Origin: Candidatus Xenobia bacterium
GTDB lineage: Bacteria; Vulcanimicrobiota; Xenobia; Xenobiales; QWHO01
Reading direction: 5' to 3'
NCBI GenBank assembly: GCA_045863235.1
Contig: BTUM01000069.1
Coordinates: forward strand, 1-42,147
DNA length: 42,147 nucleotides
The translations under genes were made by a program, and so were the position numbers. Below, in pieces: positions 9,514 to 18,708 of this stretch; positions within the stretch are counted from its first letter, which is position 1, and the number at the start of each line of letters is the position of its first letter. Under the pieces are notes generated by a model, which searched no databases, was not told where the DNA came from, and worked only from the letters and a program-made list of their open reading frames with translations.

Positions 9514-10110
9514 TCAGGGGTCGCAGAACGGGCAGCTGAGCTCGGAAAAGGGTAGCTCCACCTCCCCCACCGCAGCCTCGGCCACGTAGGTCAGCTCGAA
9601 ATCGCACTGCTTGCAGGCGAAGACCATGCGCGACTCGCCCTGATGGCGGAACACGCGGGCCGACCAGCGCTCCTGCCATTCGCGCTGCAAACCTGGCGCG
9701 ATGCGCAGCCTCTCGGGAAGGTCATTCCCTTCAAGCTCGGCTCGGGCCATGGACTGCTCCAGCATCCAGGTGGCCCGGCGAGCGGTGGCCAGCCCCCGGT
9801 CGAGATCGCCCAGAGACTTCTGCTCCACGAAGGCGCGCACGGAGGCCATCGCCTGCTCGAGCTCGTCCAGCCCTTCCAGCTCACGTCCGGCGAGCCACTG
9901 GCGAACCCCGGCCAGATGGCGCTCGAGGCGAGTAAAGCCATAGGCGAAGTCGACGGCGAAGATTTTCTGGGCCAGCACCTCCTCTACCAGGTTCTCGAGG
10001 TGCCGAGCGGGATTGACGGGTTGCTCCACGAGGACTGCTTCGTGTATCTGGGAGGGTTTCCCGGCTGTGAGCCAGAGCACCAGGCATCTGTCATCCAGAC
10101 CACAGAGCAA
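9514..10110 (-). CDS. Hypothetical protein with C-terminal zinc ribbon
   Basis: Fills the gap; helical body, then CKQC...CPFC; start uncertain. Confidence 0.55.
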   Translation of the reverse strand: MLCGLDDRCLVLWLTAGKPSQIHEAVLVEQPVNPARHLENLVEEVLAQKIFAVDFAYGFTRLERHLAGVRQWLAGRELEGLDELEQAMASVRAFVEQKSLGDLDRGLATARRATWMLEQSMARAELEGNDLPERLRIAPGLQREWQERWSARVFRHQGESRMVFACKQCDFELTYVAEAAVGEVELPFSELSCPFCDP

Positions 10111-10160
10111 GACCTGCCAGGAGAGCTATGCTCTGCGCATCAGAAAGGCAGGCAATCAAG

Positions 10161-10775
10161 ATGCTCAAGAAGTCGTTTCTCCAGATCGTGCTGCTGGGAG
10201 CCCTACTCTCCCCGATGGCTCAGGCCAGCCCTACAGGCCCCGTCGACTGTGGTGGAGGCGGAGCACATACGGTCGATGCCCCCCGCATCATCTTCAGCGA
10301 GCTCTTGCAAGACAATGAGTCCGACCCGCCCCGATATCGCGATGGCTACTACCAGGATGCCAAGAAGGATCAGAGCACCGTGGTGGTTCGCAAGCCGCGC
10401 TGGCGCGTCTACGCTGTGGACCGTGGGGAACCGAAGTCTACGACGGAGCAAATTCAACAGACCATCAAGGACTGGCTGAAGGACAAAGCCCTGTCGGCCC
10501 TCCAGAAGGTCGCCGACAGCATCCCACTGACCAGGATCATCAAGAATGCCGACAAGACGGCCGATGCCCTGGCCTCGGGCGACTTCCGCCGGGGAGTCTG
10601 GGTTACCTACATCCGCGAGGGCTCCAACGGAGAGGTGCTCGAGAGCAAGGTGGAGCGGCTCAGCGGAGACGACGAACTGCCCTGGCAGATCAAGGGCGGC
10701 GACGAGGCCGGCCAGCAGAAGGTCCTCAAGAGCCACCTGACGGCCTTGAACCGAGCCGCGGATGCAGGCAAGTAA
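10161..10775 (+). CDS. Secreted hypothetical protein
   Basis: Signal peptide MLKKSFLQIVLLGALLSPMAQA; codon usage typical of the window. Confidence 0.75.
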   Translation: MLKKSFLQIVLLGALLSPMAQASPTGPVDCGGGGAHTVDAPRIIFSELLQDNESDPPRYRDGYYQDAKKDQSTVVVRKPRWRVYAVDRGEPKSTTEQIQQTIKDWLKDKALSALQKVADSIPLTRIIKNADKTADALASGDFRRGVWVTYIREGSNGEVLESKVERLSGDDELPWQIKGGDEAGQQKVLKSHLTALNRAADAGK

Positions 10776-10823
10776 GCTCCTGGTCGCCCTGTCCGTGCAA
10801 GGATTCCCAACCGGGTCAACGAA

Positions 10824-12080
10824 ATGAGCTCTGTGAAGAGCGATCTCGACATCCTGCTGGAAACCTTGCCGCCCGAGTCGCGCGAGACGGCCCGGGCCCT
10901 GTGGGCCGGGATGCCGGCCGACATGCGCCGCGAGTTGACCCTCACGCTGGGGGCGTTCGTGGGGCTCTTGCGCCAGAGGCCTGGCACGGCCGCCGACCTG
11001 GTCAAGTTGATCCGTCGGCTGGCCGCGCCGGTCTACGCGCCGGTCACCAAGGTGGCCATTGTGGGGCCGGTCAACGTGGGGAAGTCCACACTGTTCAACG
11101 TTCTGGTGAACGACCCCGAGTTGCAGGCCGAGGTTTCGCCGATTCCGGGCACGACCCGGGCGGCGCTCACCTCCGACAAAGGGCTGTTCGCTCTGGTGGA
11201 CACGCCCGGGGCTGACCGGCCTCAGACCATGGGGCTGGAAGAGCGCGAGCGAGCCTTTAAGGCGGCTGCCGGGGCGGATTTCCTGCTCATCGTGCTCGAC
11301 GCCACGGTGGGGGTGAATACTTCGGCCCGCATCCTGTTCGGCGAGCTGAAGGCGCTGGGCAAGCCCTATCTGGTCTGCCTGAACAAGATCGACATGGTGA
11401 CGGGCAAGCTGAAGGCCGAGGTCGTGCGCTCGGCGGCCCAGGTGCTGGACCTGGACCCGGAGTCGGTGGTGCCGGTCTCGGCTCAGGAAGGCAACGGCGT
11501 GGAGCGGTTGCTGCTCGAGCTGGCGGCGGCCGAGCCGCGCCTGTTGGGCAAGCTGGGTGAAGTGCTCACCCCCTTGCGGCGAAAGCTTGGCTGGCAGGCG
11601 GTGCGCCGGGCGGCGGTGGCCTCAGGGCTGGTGGCCCTCTCGCCCATCCCGATCCTGGACCTGATCCCCCTGACCGCCATTCAGGCCACCATGGTGCTGA
11701 CGCTGGCCCGCATCTACGGGCGTGAGTTGACCTGGAAACGAGGGCTCGAGATCCTGGCCACCTTCGGAGCCGGCCTGTTGGGCCGCACTCTCTTCCAGCA
11801 GCTCTCCAAGTTCGGCGGGGTGCCAGGCTGGGCCCTGTCGGCCTCGGTGGCCAGCTCGGCCACGGTGGCCATCGGCTTTGCGGTGATGCGCTGGTTCGAA
11901 ACCGGCCAGAAGCCGACCCACAAGGACATGCTGGAGGTGGCCTCCCAGACCCAGAAGGCGCTGACGGCAAAGCTGCGCGGCAAGAAGCCAGGCAAGAAGC
12001 AGCTCACCGAGGAGCTCGAGGAGCTCTTACCCGAGGTGACCCGCCAACTCGATCCCGAGGATGCACCCCGGCCCGAGTGA
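10824..12080 (+). CDS. Era-like GTPase fused to DUF697/YcjF-like membrane domain
   Basis: G1 GPVNVGKS, G2 PGTT, G3 DTPG, G4 NKID; SPIPILDLIPLTAIQATMVLTLARIYG. Confidence 0.85.
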   Translation: MSSVKSDLDILLETLPPESRETARALWAGMPADMRRELTLTLGAFVGLLRQRPGTAADLVKLIRRLAAPVYAPVTKVAIVGPVNVGKSTLFNVLVNDPELQAEVSPIPGTTRAALTSDKGLFALVDTPGADRPQTMGLEERERAFKAAAGADFLLIVLDATVGVNTSARILFGELKALGKPYLVCLNKIDMVTGKLKAEVVRSAAQVLDLDPESVVPVSAQEGNGVERLLLELAAAEPRLLGKLGEVLTPLRRKLGWQAVRRAAVASGLVALSPIPILDLIPLTAIQATMVLTLARIYGRELTWKRGLEILATFGAGLLGRTLFQQLSKFGGVPGWALSASVASSATVAIGFAVMRWFETGQKPTHKDMLEVASQTQKALTAKLRGKKPGKKQLTEELEELLPEVTRQLDPEDAPRPE

Positions 12081-12151
12081 GCCTTCAGATCCTTTTCAGG
12101 TCGAAACGGTAATCTTCCGGCAACAACACTCTGAGAGAAACGGAAGAGCCA

Positions 12152-12637
12152 GTGATGATTCAGACCAACTTCAGCAACTTCATGCCCGGGGGCAGCTACG
12201 TGAGCCGCGCCAGCTCGGGCGGCCAGCAGGCCTCCCCGGAAGTCCAGGATGGCGTTGGGACCGCGCGCGAGGATGCCGGGCTGATGCCCAGCCGCCTGCC
12301 GGGAGCGGGGACTGGCTCCGAGTCGAAGGGCTCTTCCTTCGGAGCACTCGGTCGCACCGTCGCCCTGTGCGTGGCCCTGTTGGCCGCCGGCGGACTGAGC
12401 GGTTGCGCCAGCATGGGCCAGCACGGCCGCGGTCCCAACCAGGAGCCGCCCAGCGCCAGCTACCAGACCGGCCAGGGGATGCGCGACGTCGGTCTTGGTT
12501 TCCGCGATCTGGGAAAGGGAATCTACGAGAGCGTGCTCAAGCCCATCGGTCACGCGGCCCGCGATAGCGCCCGCGACTTCAGTCGGGGCATCACGGGCCA
12601 GCCGCCCCAGGAGGCTCCCGCCCAGCAGCGGCGCTGA
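12152..12637 (+). CDS. Hypothetical protein with low-complexity N-terminus and internal lipoprotein-like signal
   Basis: Ser/Gly-rich first ~68 aa, then RTVALCVALLAAGGLSGC. Confidence 0.7.
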   Translation: MMIQTNFSNFMPGGSYVSRASSGGQQASPEVQDGVGTAREDAGLMPSRLPGAGTGSESKGSSFGALGRTVALCVALLAAGGLSGCASMGQHGRGPNQEPPSASYQTGQGMRDVGLGFRDLGKGIYESVLKPIGHAARDSARDFSRGITGQPPQEAPAQQRR

Positions 12638-12640
12638 CGC

Positions 12641-13414
12641 TCAGGAACCCGGCTCGGCCAGGTTGCGCTCGATCTCGCGCGCGCCCTGGCCGTAAATCAT
12701 GGTGAAGTGATCTCCGGCCACGGTGGCCAGCTCCAACTGGGGGATGGCTGAGCGAGTGGCCTGCAACTGCTCCGAGCCTACGATCCCGCGCTCGGCCATA
12801 AGCAACCGGACGGGTTGCCGAACGCGAGCCGCCAGTCCCAACCAGTCCTCTCCCTGCACGGCTGCCAGGAGCCGGGCCAGGGTCTCGGGCCGGGTGCGGC
12901 AGATCACCTGTCCGCCGGGCAGCTCGCGCACGTCGGCGCGACAGAAAGGTTCAGCTTCGGTCGGCCAGCCCGCCGCCCGGGCCTGCTCAAAGTAGGCCTC
13001 GAAGCTGGCGTAGGTGCGGCCCAACCTCTGCAGAGAAGGGCCGATCACCTCCAGCGTGCGGGGATTGGCCACCCCCACGGCGGCATCGAGCAGCATCACG
13101 CGGGCGATCCTCTCGGGATGGCGGGCGGCCAGATAGAGGCCGAGCAGCCCTCCGAACGAGTGCCCCACCACCGTGGTGGGCTCCTCGATAAGCTCGAGCA
13201 CGTCCAGGGCGTGCTCCTCCAGCGAGTAGCCGTCCTCCGGCTGCTCGCTCAGGCCACGCCCCCGCAGGTCCGGCAACCGGGCAGCCGCCGGCAAGGCCAG
13301 CGAGTCGAAGGCCCGGGCGTTGGCCGTCAGCCCGTGCAGGACCAGCCAGGCCGGCCCGGGGCCGCTCCGCTCGAGGAAGTGAAGCCGGACATCGCCGCGA
13401 CGGTAGAAAGGCAT
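12641..13414 (-). CDS. Alpha/beta hydrolase
   Basis: LHGLTAN, DLRGRGLS, GHSFGG, GDHFTM. Confidence 0.88.
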   Translation of the reverse strand: MPFYRRGDVRLHFLERSGPGPAWLVLHGLTANARAFDSLALPAAARLPDLRGRGLSEQPEDGYSLEEHALDVLELIEEPTTVVGHSFGGLLGLYLAARHPERIARVMLLDAAVGVANPRTLEVIGPSLQRLGRTYASFEAYFEQARAAGWPTEAEPFCRADVRELPGGQVICRTRPETLARLLAAVQGEDWLGLAARVRQPVRLLMAERGIVGSEQLQATRSAIPQLELATVAGDHFTMIYGQGAREIERNLAEPGS

Positions 13415-13435
13415 CCAGGCCGATTCTCGGGATCG

Positions 13436-13475
13436 GTTTACACAGCCTTCACATCGGTTACAAAACGTCAACAGC
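13436..13475 (+). promoter_or_regulatory. Phased TTTACA/TTCACA/GTTACA/TCAACA direct repeats, candidate regulator binding array
   Basis: ACA cores at 13440, 13451, 13460, 13471; similar array at 19168-19215. Confidence 0.5.
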
Positions 13476-13517
13476 CGGTCAGGCCTGGAAACGGGAACGG
13501 GAGGCTACCATCAGGGC

Positions 13518-14189
13518 ATGCAACTCGCCCTGCCCGCCCCCCACGGCCTGGCCGCTTTCTTCGGACCTCGACGCGACCACAAGGTGGAGCGCCAGGTGCA
13601 TGAGCAAGCCCGCGATCAGTTCGAGCTGAACAAGCCCCGCATGGCCGCAAGCTGGGGAGCAGCCATGGCTGGCTCCTACCTGGCCGGGGCACTGGTCAAC
13701 GCCGGCTGGCAGGCACTCGGGCTCGCGCCCACGGCCAACCTGGGACCGGTGGGCATGCTGATCGGAGGGGGCATCGGGGCCGCGGCCACCTACTTTCTGA
13801 CCCGCGAGAAGCTGGGCACGATCAAGGCGCTGGGCGCGGCGGCCCTGGCCGGGGCGGCCTCAGCCGCGGCCTGGAGCACCTTCGGGTTGGCCGGGCTGCG
13901 CGAGGGATTGGGAATGGCGCTGGGCGGAGGGCTGGGGGTGGCCATCGGGCTCAAGTCGGTGCCCGAGCAGAACCGCTCGCTGCTGGGCACGGTGGCGGCC
14001 GGGGTGCTGGGGCTGGGATTCTGCCACTCGGCGGGCATCGTGGGGGCGGCCACCGGATTCTCGGTGCCCGCCCTGGCCATCGGCCTGACCGGCACCTACG
14101 CCGCCCTGGGGGCCGGGGCTGGCAACCTGGTGGCACGAGCCAACCAGCGCGCCCTGCGCCGCTTGCTCTCACGCCAGAGCCAGGCGTAG
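13518..14189 (+). CDS. Gly/Ala-rich multi-pass membrane protein (glycine-zipper-like)
   Basis: Repeated GxxxG hydrophobic helices; TACCAT 6 nt before ATG. Confidence 0.7.
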   Translation: MQLALPAPHGLAAFFGPRRDHKVERQVHEQARDQFELNKPRMAASWGAAMAGSYLAGALVNAGWQALGLAPTANLGPVGMLIGGGIGAAATYFLTREKLGTIKALGAAALAGAASAAAWSTFGLAGLREGLGMALGGGLGVAIGLKSVPEQNRSLLGTVAAGVLGLGFCHSAGIVGAATGFSVPALAIGLTGTYAALGAGAGNLVARANQRALRRLLSRQSQA

Positions 14190-14244
14190 CAGTCGGGCAC
14201 GGAGCTTGCCGCCAAGAGCTTGTGAAACGTCTTTGCGTGCGCGC

Positions 14245-14796
14245 TCACTCGTCAGGCACGATCAGGTAGCAGGTGCTGCCCGAGTACAGACCCTGGAAGG
14301 CTCCCGAACCGGTGGGTACCTCCACTTTGCGCGACTTCAAGGCCGGCCTGGTGAGCCAGGGCTGCACCGCCGCCAGGATCTCCTCACGCGAGCGCAGCAG
14401 CTTGAAACTCGAGGTGTAGGCGGCCTGCTCGCCCCGAGAGGGCGGGTGCTTGAGGCTGAGAACCCGACGCACCGAATGGCCCCGCCAGAAGGCCAGCAAG
14501 TCCTCCCCTTCTTGGGGCTGGGAATTGAGCTCGCCCGGCCGGGCCGAGTCCAGCACCAGGATGCCGTAGGTGGTGGTGGGAGGAGGCTGGCCCTTGAGTG
14601 CCTTCACCAGCCCCAGCTTGAGGGTGGTCTGGATGTAACCGACGTCGTCACGATTCTCTCGGACCGCTCCCTCCACCCTCATCACCGCTACGGTTGGGCT
14701 GGAGACCACCAGCCACTCCAGGCTATCGGCCACCATGATCTCGGCCCGGGCCAGTGTGACCAGCACCAGCACGCCCAGCAATACGCGCCCCCCCAC
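14245..14796 (-). CDS. Secreted hypothetical protein
   Basis: GGAGG RBS before GTG at 14796; signal peptide RVLLGVLVLVTLARA. Confidence 0.7.
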   Translation of the reverse strand: MGGRVLLGVLVLVTLARAEIMVADSLEWLVVSSPTVAVMRVEGAVRENRDDVGYIQTTLKLGLVKALKGQPPPTTTYGILVLDSARPGELNSQPQEGEDLLAFWRGHSVRRVLSLKHPPSRGEQAAYTSSFKLLRSREEILAAVQPWLTRPALKSRKVEVPTGSGAFQGLYSGSTCYLIVPDE

Positions 14797-14893
14797 GTTA
14801 TGCGAACCTCCCAGCCCAATCTGTCGGGCGGCGCGCAGCCGGAAAACCGTGTCAACGGGGTTTCCGGCTCCGCCCCTGGCGCCCATCAAAAGC

Positions 14894-16663
14894 TCAGCAC
14901 GTCACGATGGGCGAACGCCGCAGCACCGGCTTGCCGCCCTCGCTCACCACGTTCAGCTGCAGATACTGGCTGGCGAACTTGCCGTGCTTGCAGGTGCGGT
15001 CCCCCGGCTCGCACCTGGCGGAAGCGCTGTCCGAGCGAGGGGTCAGGCCCGAGGCCACCAGCATCTCGGCCGACACGGCCGACTTGAGGTGGTTCTTGAC
15101 CTCCTCGATCTCGCGCTCGGTCACCTTGTCGTGGTTGGAGGCGAACAGCTTGCCCTCGGCGTCGAAGGCCAGCACCAGGCCGCCATTCATGCGGGCCCGA
15201 GCGCCTTCCATCACGCCGTAGTCGGGGCCCTCCAGGTCGACGTCCTGGTAGTACTTGTAGAGCACGAAGGTCTCGCCTCGATTGTTGGTGTGGGCCTGGT
15301 CGAACTCGAAGGGCAGGTCCTTGCCCAGCTTGAGCTCGTCGCGGTGGTTGTCCAGGAACTCCAGGGCCGCTTCCTCCGACTCGATGGCCGCCCGGTCGAG
15401 GGTCAGCTTGGGCAAGGCGGCCTCGTGCTTGTCAAAGGCCTCCAGGTCCGCCTGGCTGATGATCTTGCGACCCACGAAGACGCTCTCGAGCAAGGGACGC
15501 AGGGCCCCGTCGAAGTCGACCTGATCGGCTTTGAGCATGGCCAGGGCCACCTCGCGATAGGTCGGCTCGCCCACCGGCGCAAACTCGGTGCCGCGCATCA
15601 GCAGCATGCCGGCCATGTCGCGCGCCTCACCCAGGGCGTCGGCAAATGAGCGCGACGTATCCGACGAGGTCACGCTGTAGAGCCCGAACAAGACCTCGTA
15701 GAAAGCGCCGGTGAACAGATTGGCGTAGGCGTGCGGCTCCTGGCCCAGGCCGCTGAACGGGTCCTTGGGGTCGATGTAGGGCAGGAAGTGCTGGTCCTTG
15801 TACTTGTGCGAATTCAGGGCTTGGCGCAGGCAGTCGGTGTCGATGCCGTCCATCTTGCCGGCCACCGAGCCCAGGTTCTCGGCCACGCCGGAAACCAGGT
15901 TGGGGATGGCCAGGTTGCCCTGGGTCTCCTGCTGCAGCGCCTCCACCACCGTGGGGTCATTGAGAGCCACCAGGATGGCCAGCATATCCCCGAACGACTC
16001 GTGGAAGCCGCCCGCCGACACGGTCAGCGAGCTCAGGTAGTTGTGGCGAATCCCGTCGAGCACGGCGTGACCGGTCTCGTGGGCCACGATGTCAGCCGAG
16101 GTGCCGGTGCGGTGCAGCTCGCTGGTGGAAGGATCGGTGAAGTGGAAGAAGTTGATCGAGCCCGCCTCGGAGTGATAGAAAGCGTTGGCCGTGTTGCCCC
16201 CGGCATGGGGGTGGATCAGCATCTGCTGGCGCTCGAGGTCATTGGAGAAGCCCCAGGGGATCTCGCGCCCGAGGTACCCCTCGGCGACCTCCAGAGCCCG
16301 GTTGGCGGTGTAAAAGGTATTGGTGGAGTCAAAACGCGGATCGTCCAGGTCGTAGACCATGTTGCCATTCTCGTCAGGGCGGGCCACCGGCATGTTGCGC
16401 GGCACGGAGACTTTGAAGCGCTCGTTGGCCGGGCCGCCGCTGGTGGGCTCGAAATCCATGGGAGCCTGGGCCGGAGGCAGCATCCCTTCGTCTTGAGGCA
16501 GATAGCTCACCATGCCTTTGGGAGGCTGCTCCTTTGGAGCGGCCTCCGACTTCTTGAAGGTTTCCTTCGGCTCGGCGGCGGCTTCCGCTTTCGGCTGTTT
16601 GGCCGAGCGGGCGCGACGAGCGGCCTCGAGGCTCACCTGGCTGACTGCGTTCAAGACTTCCAC
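14894..16663 (-). CDS. Thermolysin/fungalysin-like (M4/M36) zinc metallopeptidase without Sec signal
   Basis: NAFY, DIVAHETGH, GGFHESFGD, EPH; GGAG RBS before GTG at 16663. Confidence 0.85.
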   Translation of the reverse strand: MEVLNAVSQVSLEAARRARSAKQPKAEAAAEPKETFKKSEAAPKEQPPKGMVSYLPQDEGMLPPAQAPMDFEPTSGGPANERFKVSVPRNMPVARPDENGNMVYDLDDPRFDSTNTFYTANRALEVAEGYLGREIPWGFSNDLERQQMLIHPHAGGNTANAFYHSEAGSINFFHFTDPSTSELHRTGTSADIVAHETGHAVLDGIRHNYLSSLTVSAGGFHESFGDMLAILVALNDPTVVEALQQETQGNLAIPNLVSGVAENLGSVAGKMDGIDTDCLRQALNSHKYKDQHFLPYIDPKDPFSGLGQEPHAYANLFTGAFYEVLFGLYSVTSSDTSRSFADALGEARDMAGMLLMRGTEFAPVGEPTYREVALAMLKADQVDFDGALRPLLESVFVGRKIISQADLEAFDKHEAALPKLTLDRAAIESEEAALEFLDNHRDELKLGKDLPFEFDQAHTNNRGETFVLYKYYQDVDLEGPDYGVMEGARARMNGGLVLAFDAEGKLFASNHDKVTEREIEEVKNHLKSAVSAEMLVASGLTPRSDSASARCEPGDRTCKHGKFASQYLQLNVVSEGGKPVLRRSPIVTC

Positions 16664-16793
16664 AATGTTGGCTCCTTGGAGAGGTTCCCCCGGGCTGCAT
16701 TGTAAGGGCTGAAAATTTGCTGAATGGTTGCGCGGATGTGAACGGATCCCCCGGGGTGTGATCCAGCTCACAGACTTCCCCGCCCCCGACGGC

Positions 16794-16816
16794 TATAATT
16801 GCTTTAGCGCTAAAGC
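16794..16816 (+). promoter_or_regulatory. -10 box TATAAT followed by perfect 16-bp palindrome (LacI-family-like operator)
   Basis: TATAAT 16794-16799; GCTTTAGCGCTAAAGC 16801-16816 with central CG. Confidence 0.65.
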
Positions 16817-16850
16817 CTCACCCGGCGGCCGCGTGAATCACACCACCCCC

Positions 16851-16890
16851 GCCCCGGCCGATCCCGCTCACGGCCGGGGCACCCTTTTTT
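16851..16890 (+). terminator. Intrinsic terminator-like hairpin
   Basis: GCCCCGGCCG-N10-CGGCCGGGGC, then ACCCTTTTTT. Confidence 0.65.
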
Positions 16891-16982
16891 CCTGGAGCCA
16901 GGCATGCAAGCGCGCAGCAATCCCAGGAGGCGCGGGACGGTCGTCCGGCAGGGGCCGAATGCCAATCGGCGAAGGCGCGCCG

Positions 16983-18692
16983 ATGCGACGATTCCTGACG
17001 ATCTGCCTGATCTTGTGCGCCACCCTGGCCGCCCGGGCCCAGAGCCCCGACCCGACCTTCGTGCAACTGGCCGAGCGCTACGTGGAGGAGTGGCTCTCTC
17101 TCAGCCCCGAGGCGGCCACCAGCCTGGGCGAGCACCGCTTCGACGGCCGGCTGACCGACTACAGCCCCGCCGGCATCGCCCGCAGCCGCGAGCTGGCCTC
17201 CCGCTATCTCGAGCAATTGAAGGGCATCGACCCCGGGCAGCTCTCGATCGAGAACCAGGTGGACTACGAGATCATGAAGACCAGCCTGGAGTATTCCCTC
17301 TTCTCGCTGGACAAGCTGCAGGAGCACCTGTGGAACCCCCTGACCTACAACCCCGGGGCGGCGCTCTACGCGCTGATGGCGCGTGACTACGCCCCCCTGC
17401 CCGAGCGAGTGGAGTCGCTGGCTCAGCGGCTGGATGCCATCGAGACGCTGCTGCAGCAGGCTCGCCAGAACCTCGAGAACCCTCCCCGCATCCACACCGA
17501 GACAGCCATCGCCCAGAACAAAGGGGCGCTCAGCTTCGTCGAGCACGAGATCGACACGTTCCTGAACGGTGACTCGGCCCTCACCGCCCGCCTGGCTCCC
17601 CATCGCCAGAAGGCTGCTGCCGCTCTGAAATCTTACGGGGACTGGCTCGAGCAAGACCTGCTGCCCCGCTCCAACCGTGACTTCCGCCTGGGCGACGCGC
17701 TCTATCGCCAGAAACTGCGCTTCGCGCTGGAATCGGACCTGAGCAAGGAAGAGATCCTCAAGCGAGCCGAGGCCGAGCTCAAGCTCACCCACCAGGAGAT
17801 GGCTCGCACCGCCCGACCACTGTACGAGCGTTACTTCCCCGGCAAGCCGGTGCCGGCCGACCGGGTCCTGATCAAGGCCGTGCTCGACCGCCTGGCCCAG
17901 GATCGTCCCGACAACGACACCATCGTAGCCCAGGCCACCCGTGACCTGGAGGAGACCACCAGCTTCGTGCGAGAGCACCAGCTGGTCAGCGTGCCCGATG
18001 ACCCGCTCCAGGTGATGGTCATGCCCGAGTTTGCCCGCGGTGTTGCGGTCGCTTACTGCGACTCCTCGGGCCCACTGGAGAAAAAGCCCTCCACCTTCTA
18101 CGCCATCTCGCCCACCCCGACGGACTGGAAGAAGGAGCGGGTGGAGTCGTTCTTCCGCGAGTACAACGATTCCATGCTGAAAAACCTGACCGTGCATGAG
18201 GCCATGCCCGGACACTACCTGCAGATCGCCCATGCCAACCGCTTTCAGGCGCCCACCCGGGTCAGGGTGATCACCATGAGCGGCACTTTCGTGGAGGGCT
18301 GGGCCACCTACGCCGAGCAGGTGATGGTGCAGGCCGGCTACGGCGGGCCCGAAGTCAAGATGCAGCAGCTCAAGATGCGCCTGCGGCTGATCATCAACAG
18401 CATCCTGGATCAGAAGGTGCACACCGCCTCGATGACCGAGGCCGAGGCCCTCAAGCTGATGATGGAGGATGGCTTCCAGGAAGAGGGGGAGGCGGCCGGA
18501 AAGTGGCGGCGCGCATGCCTGTCTTCCACCCAGCTGTCGACCTATTTCGTGGGCAACCTCGAGCTCAACGACATCGCCCGCGCCTACCAGGCGCGCAATC
18601 CGGGCAAAGTCGACCTCAAGGCCATGCACGACCGGATGCTGAGCTTCGGCTCGCCTGCTCCCAAGTTCGTGAAGAGGCTGATGGGACTTTAG
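16983..18692 (+). CDS. DUF885 family secreted protein (putative metallopeptidase)
   Basis: Signal peptide; SPEAATSLG, HEAMPGHYLQ, FVEGWATYAE, QLSTYFVG. Confidence 0.9.
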   Translation: MRRFLTICLILCATLAARAQSPDPTFVQLAERYVEEWLSLSPEAATSLGEHRFDGRLTDYSPAGIARSRELASRYLEQLKGIDPGQLSIENQVDYEIMKTSLEYSLFSLDKLQEHLWNPLTYNPGAALYALMARDYAPLPERVESLAQRLDAIETLLQQARQNLENPPRIHTETAIAQNKGALSFVEHEIDTFLNGDSALTARLAPHRQKAAAALKSYGDWLEQDLLPRSNRDFRLGDALYRQKLRFALESDLSKEEILKRAEAELKLTHQEMARTARPLYERYFPGKPVPADRVLIKAVLDRLAQDRPDNDTIVAQATRDLEETTSFVREHQLVSVPDDPLQVMVMPEFARGVAVAYCDSSGPLEKKPSTFYAISPTPTDWKKERVESFFREYNDSMLKNLTVHEAMPGHYLQIAHANRFQAPTRVRVITMSGTFVEGWATYAEQVMVQAGYGGPEVKMQQLKMRLRLIINSILDQKVHTASMTEAEALKLMMEDGFQEEGEAAGKWRRACLSSTQLSTYFVGNLELNDIARAYQARNPGKVDLKAMHDRMLSFGSPAPKFVKRLMGL

Positions 18693-18708
18693 CCAGAACT
18701 TGTCCAGC

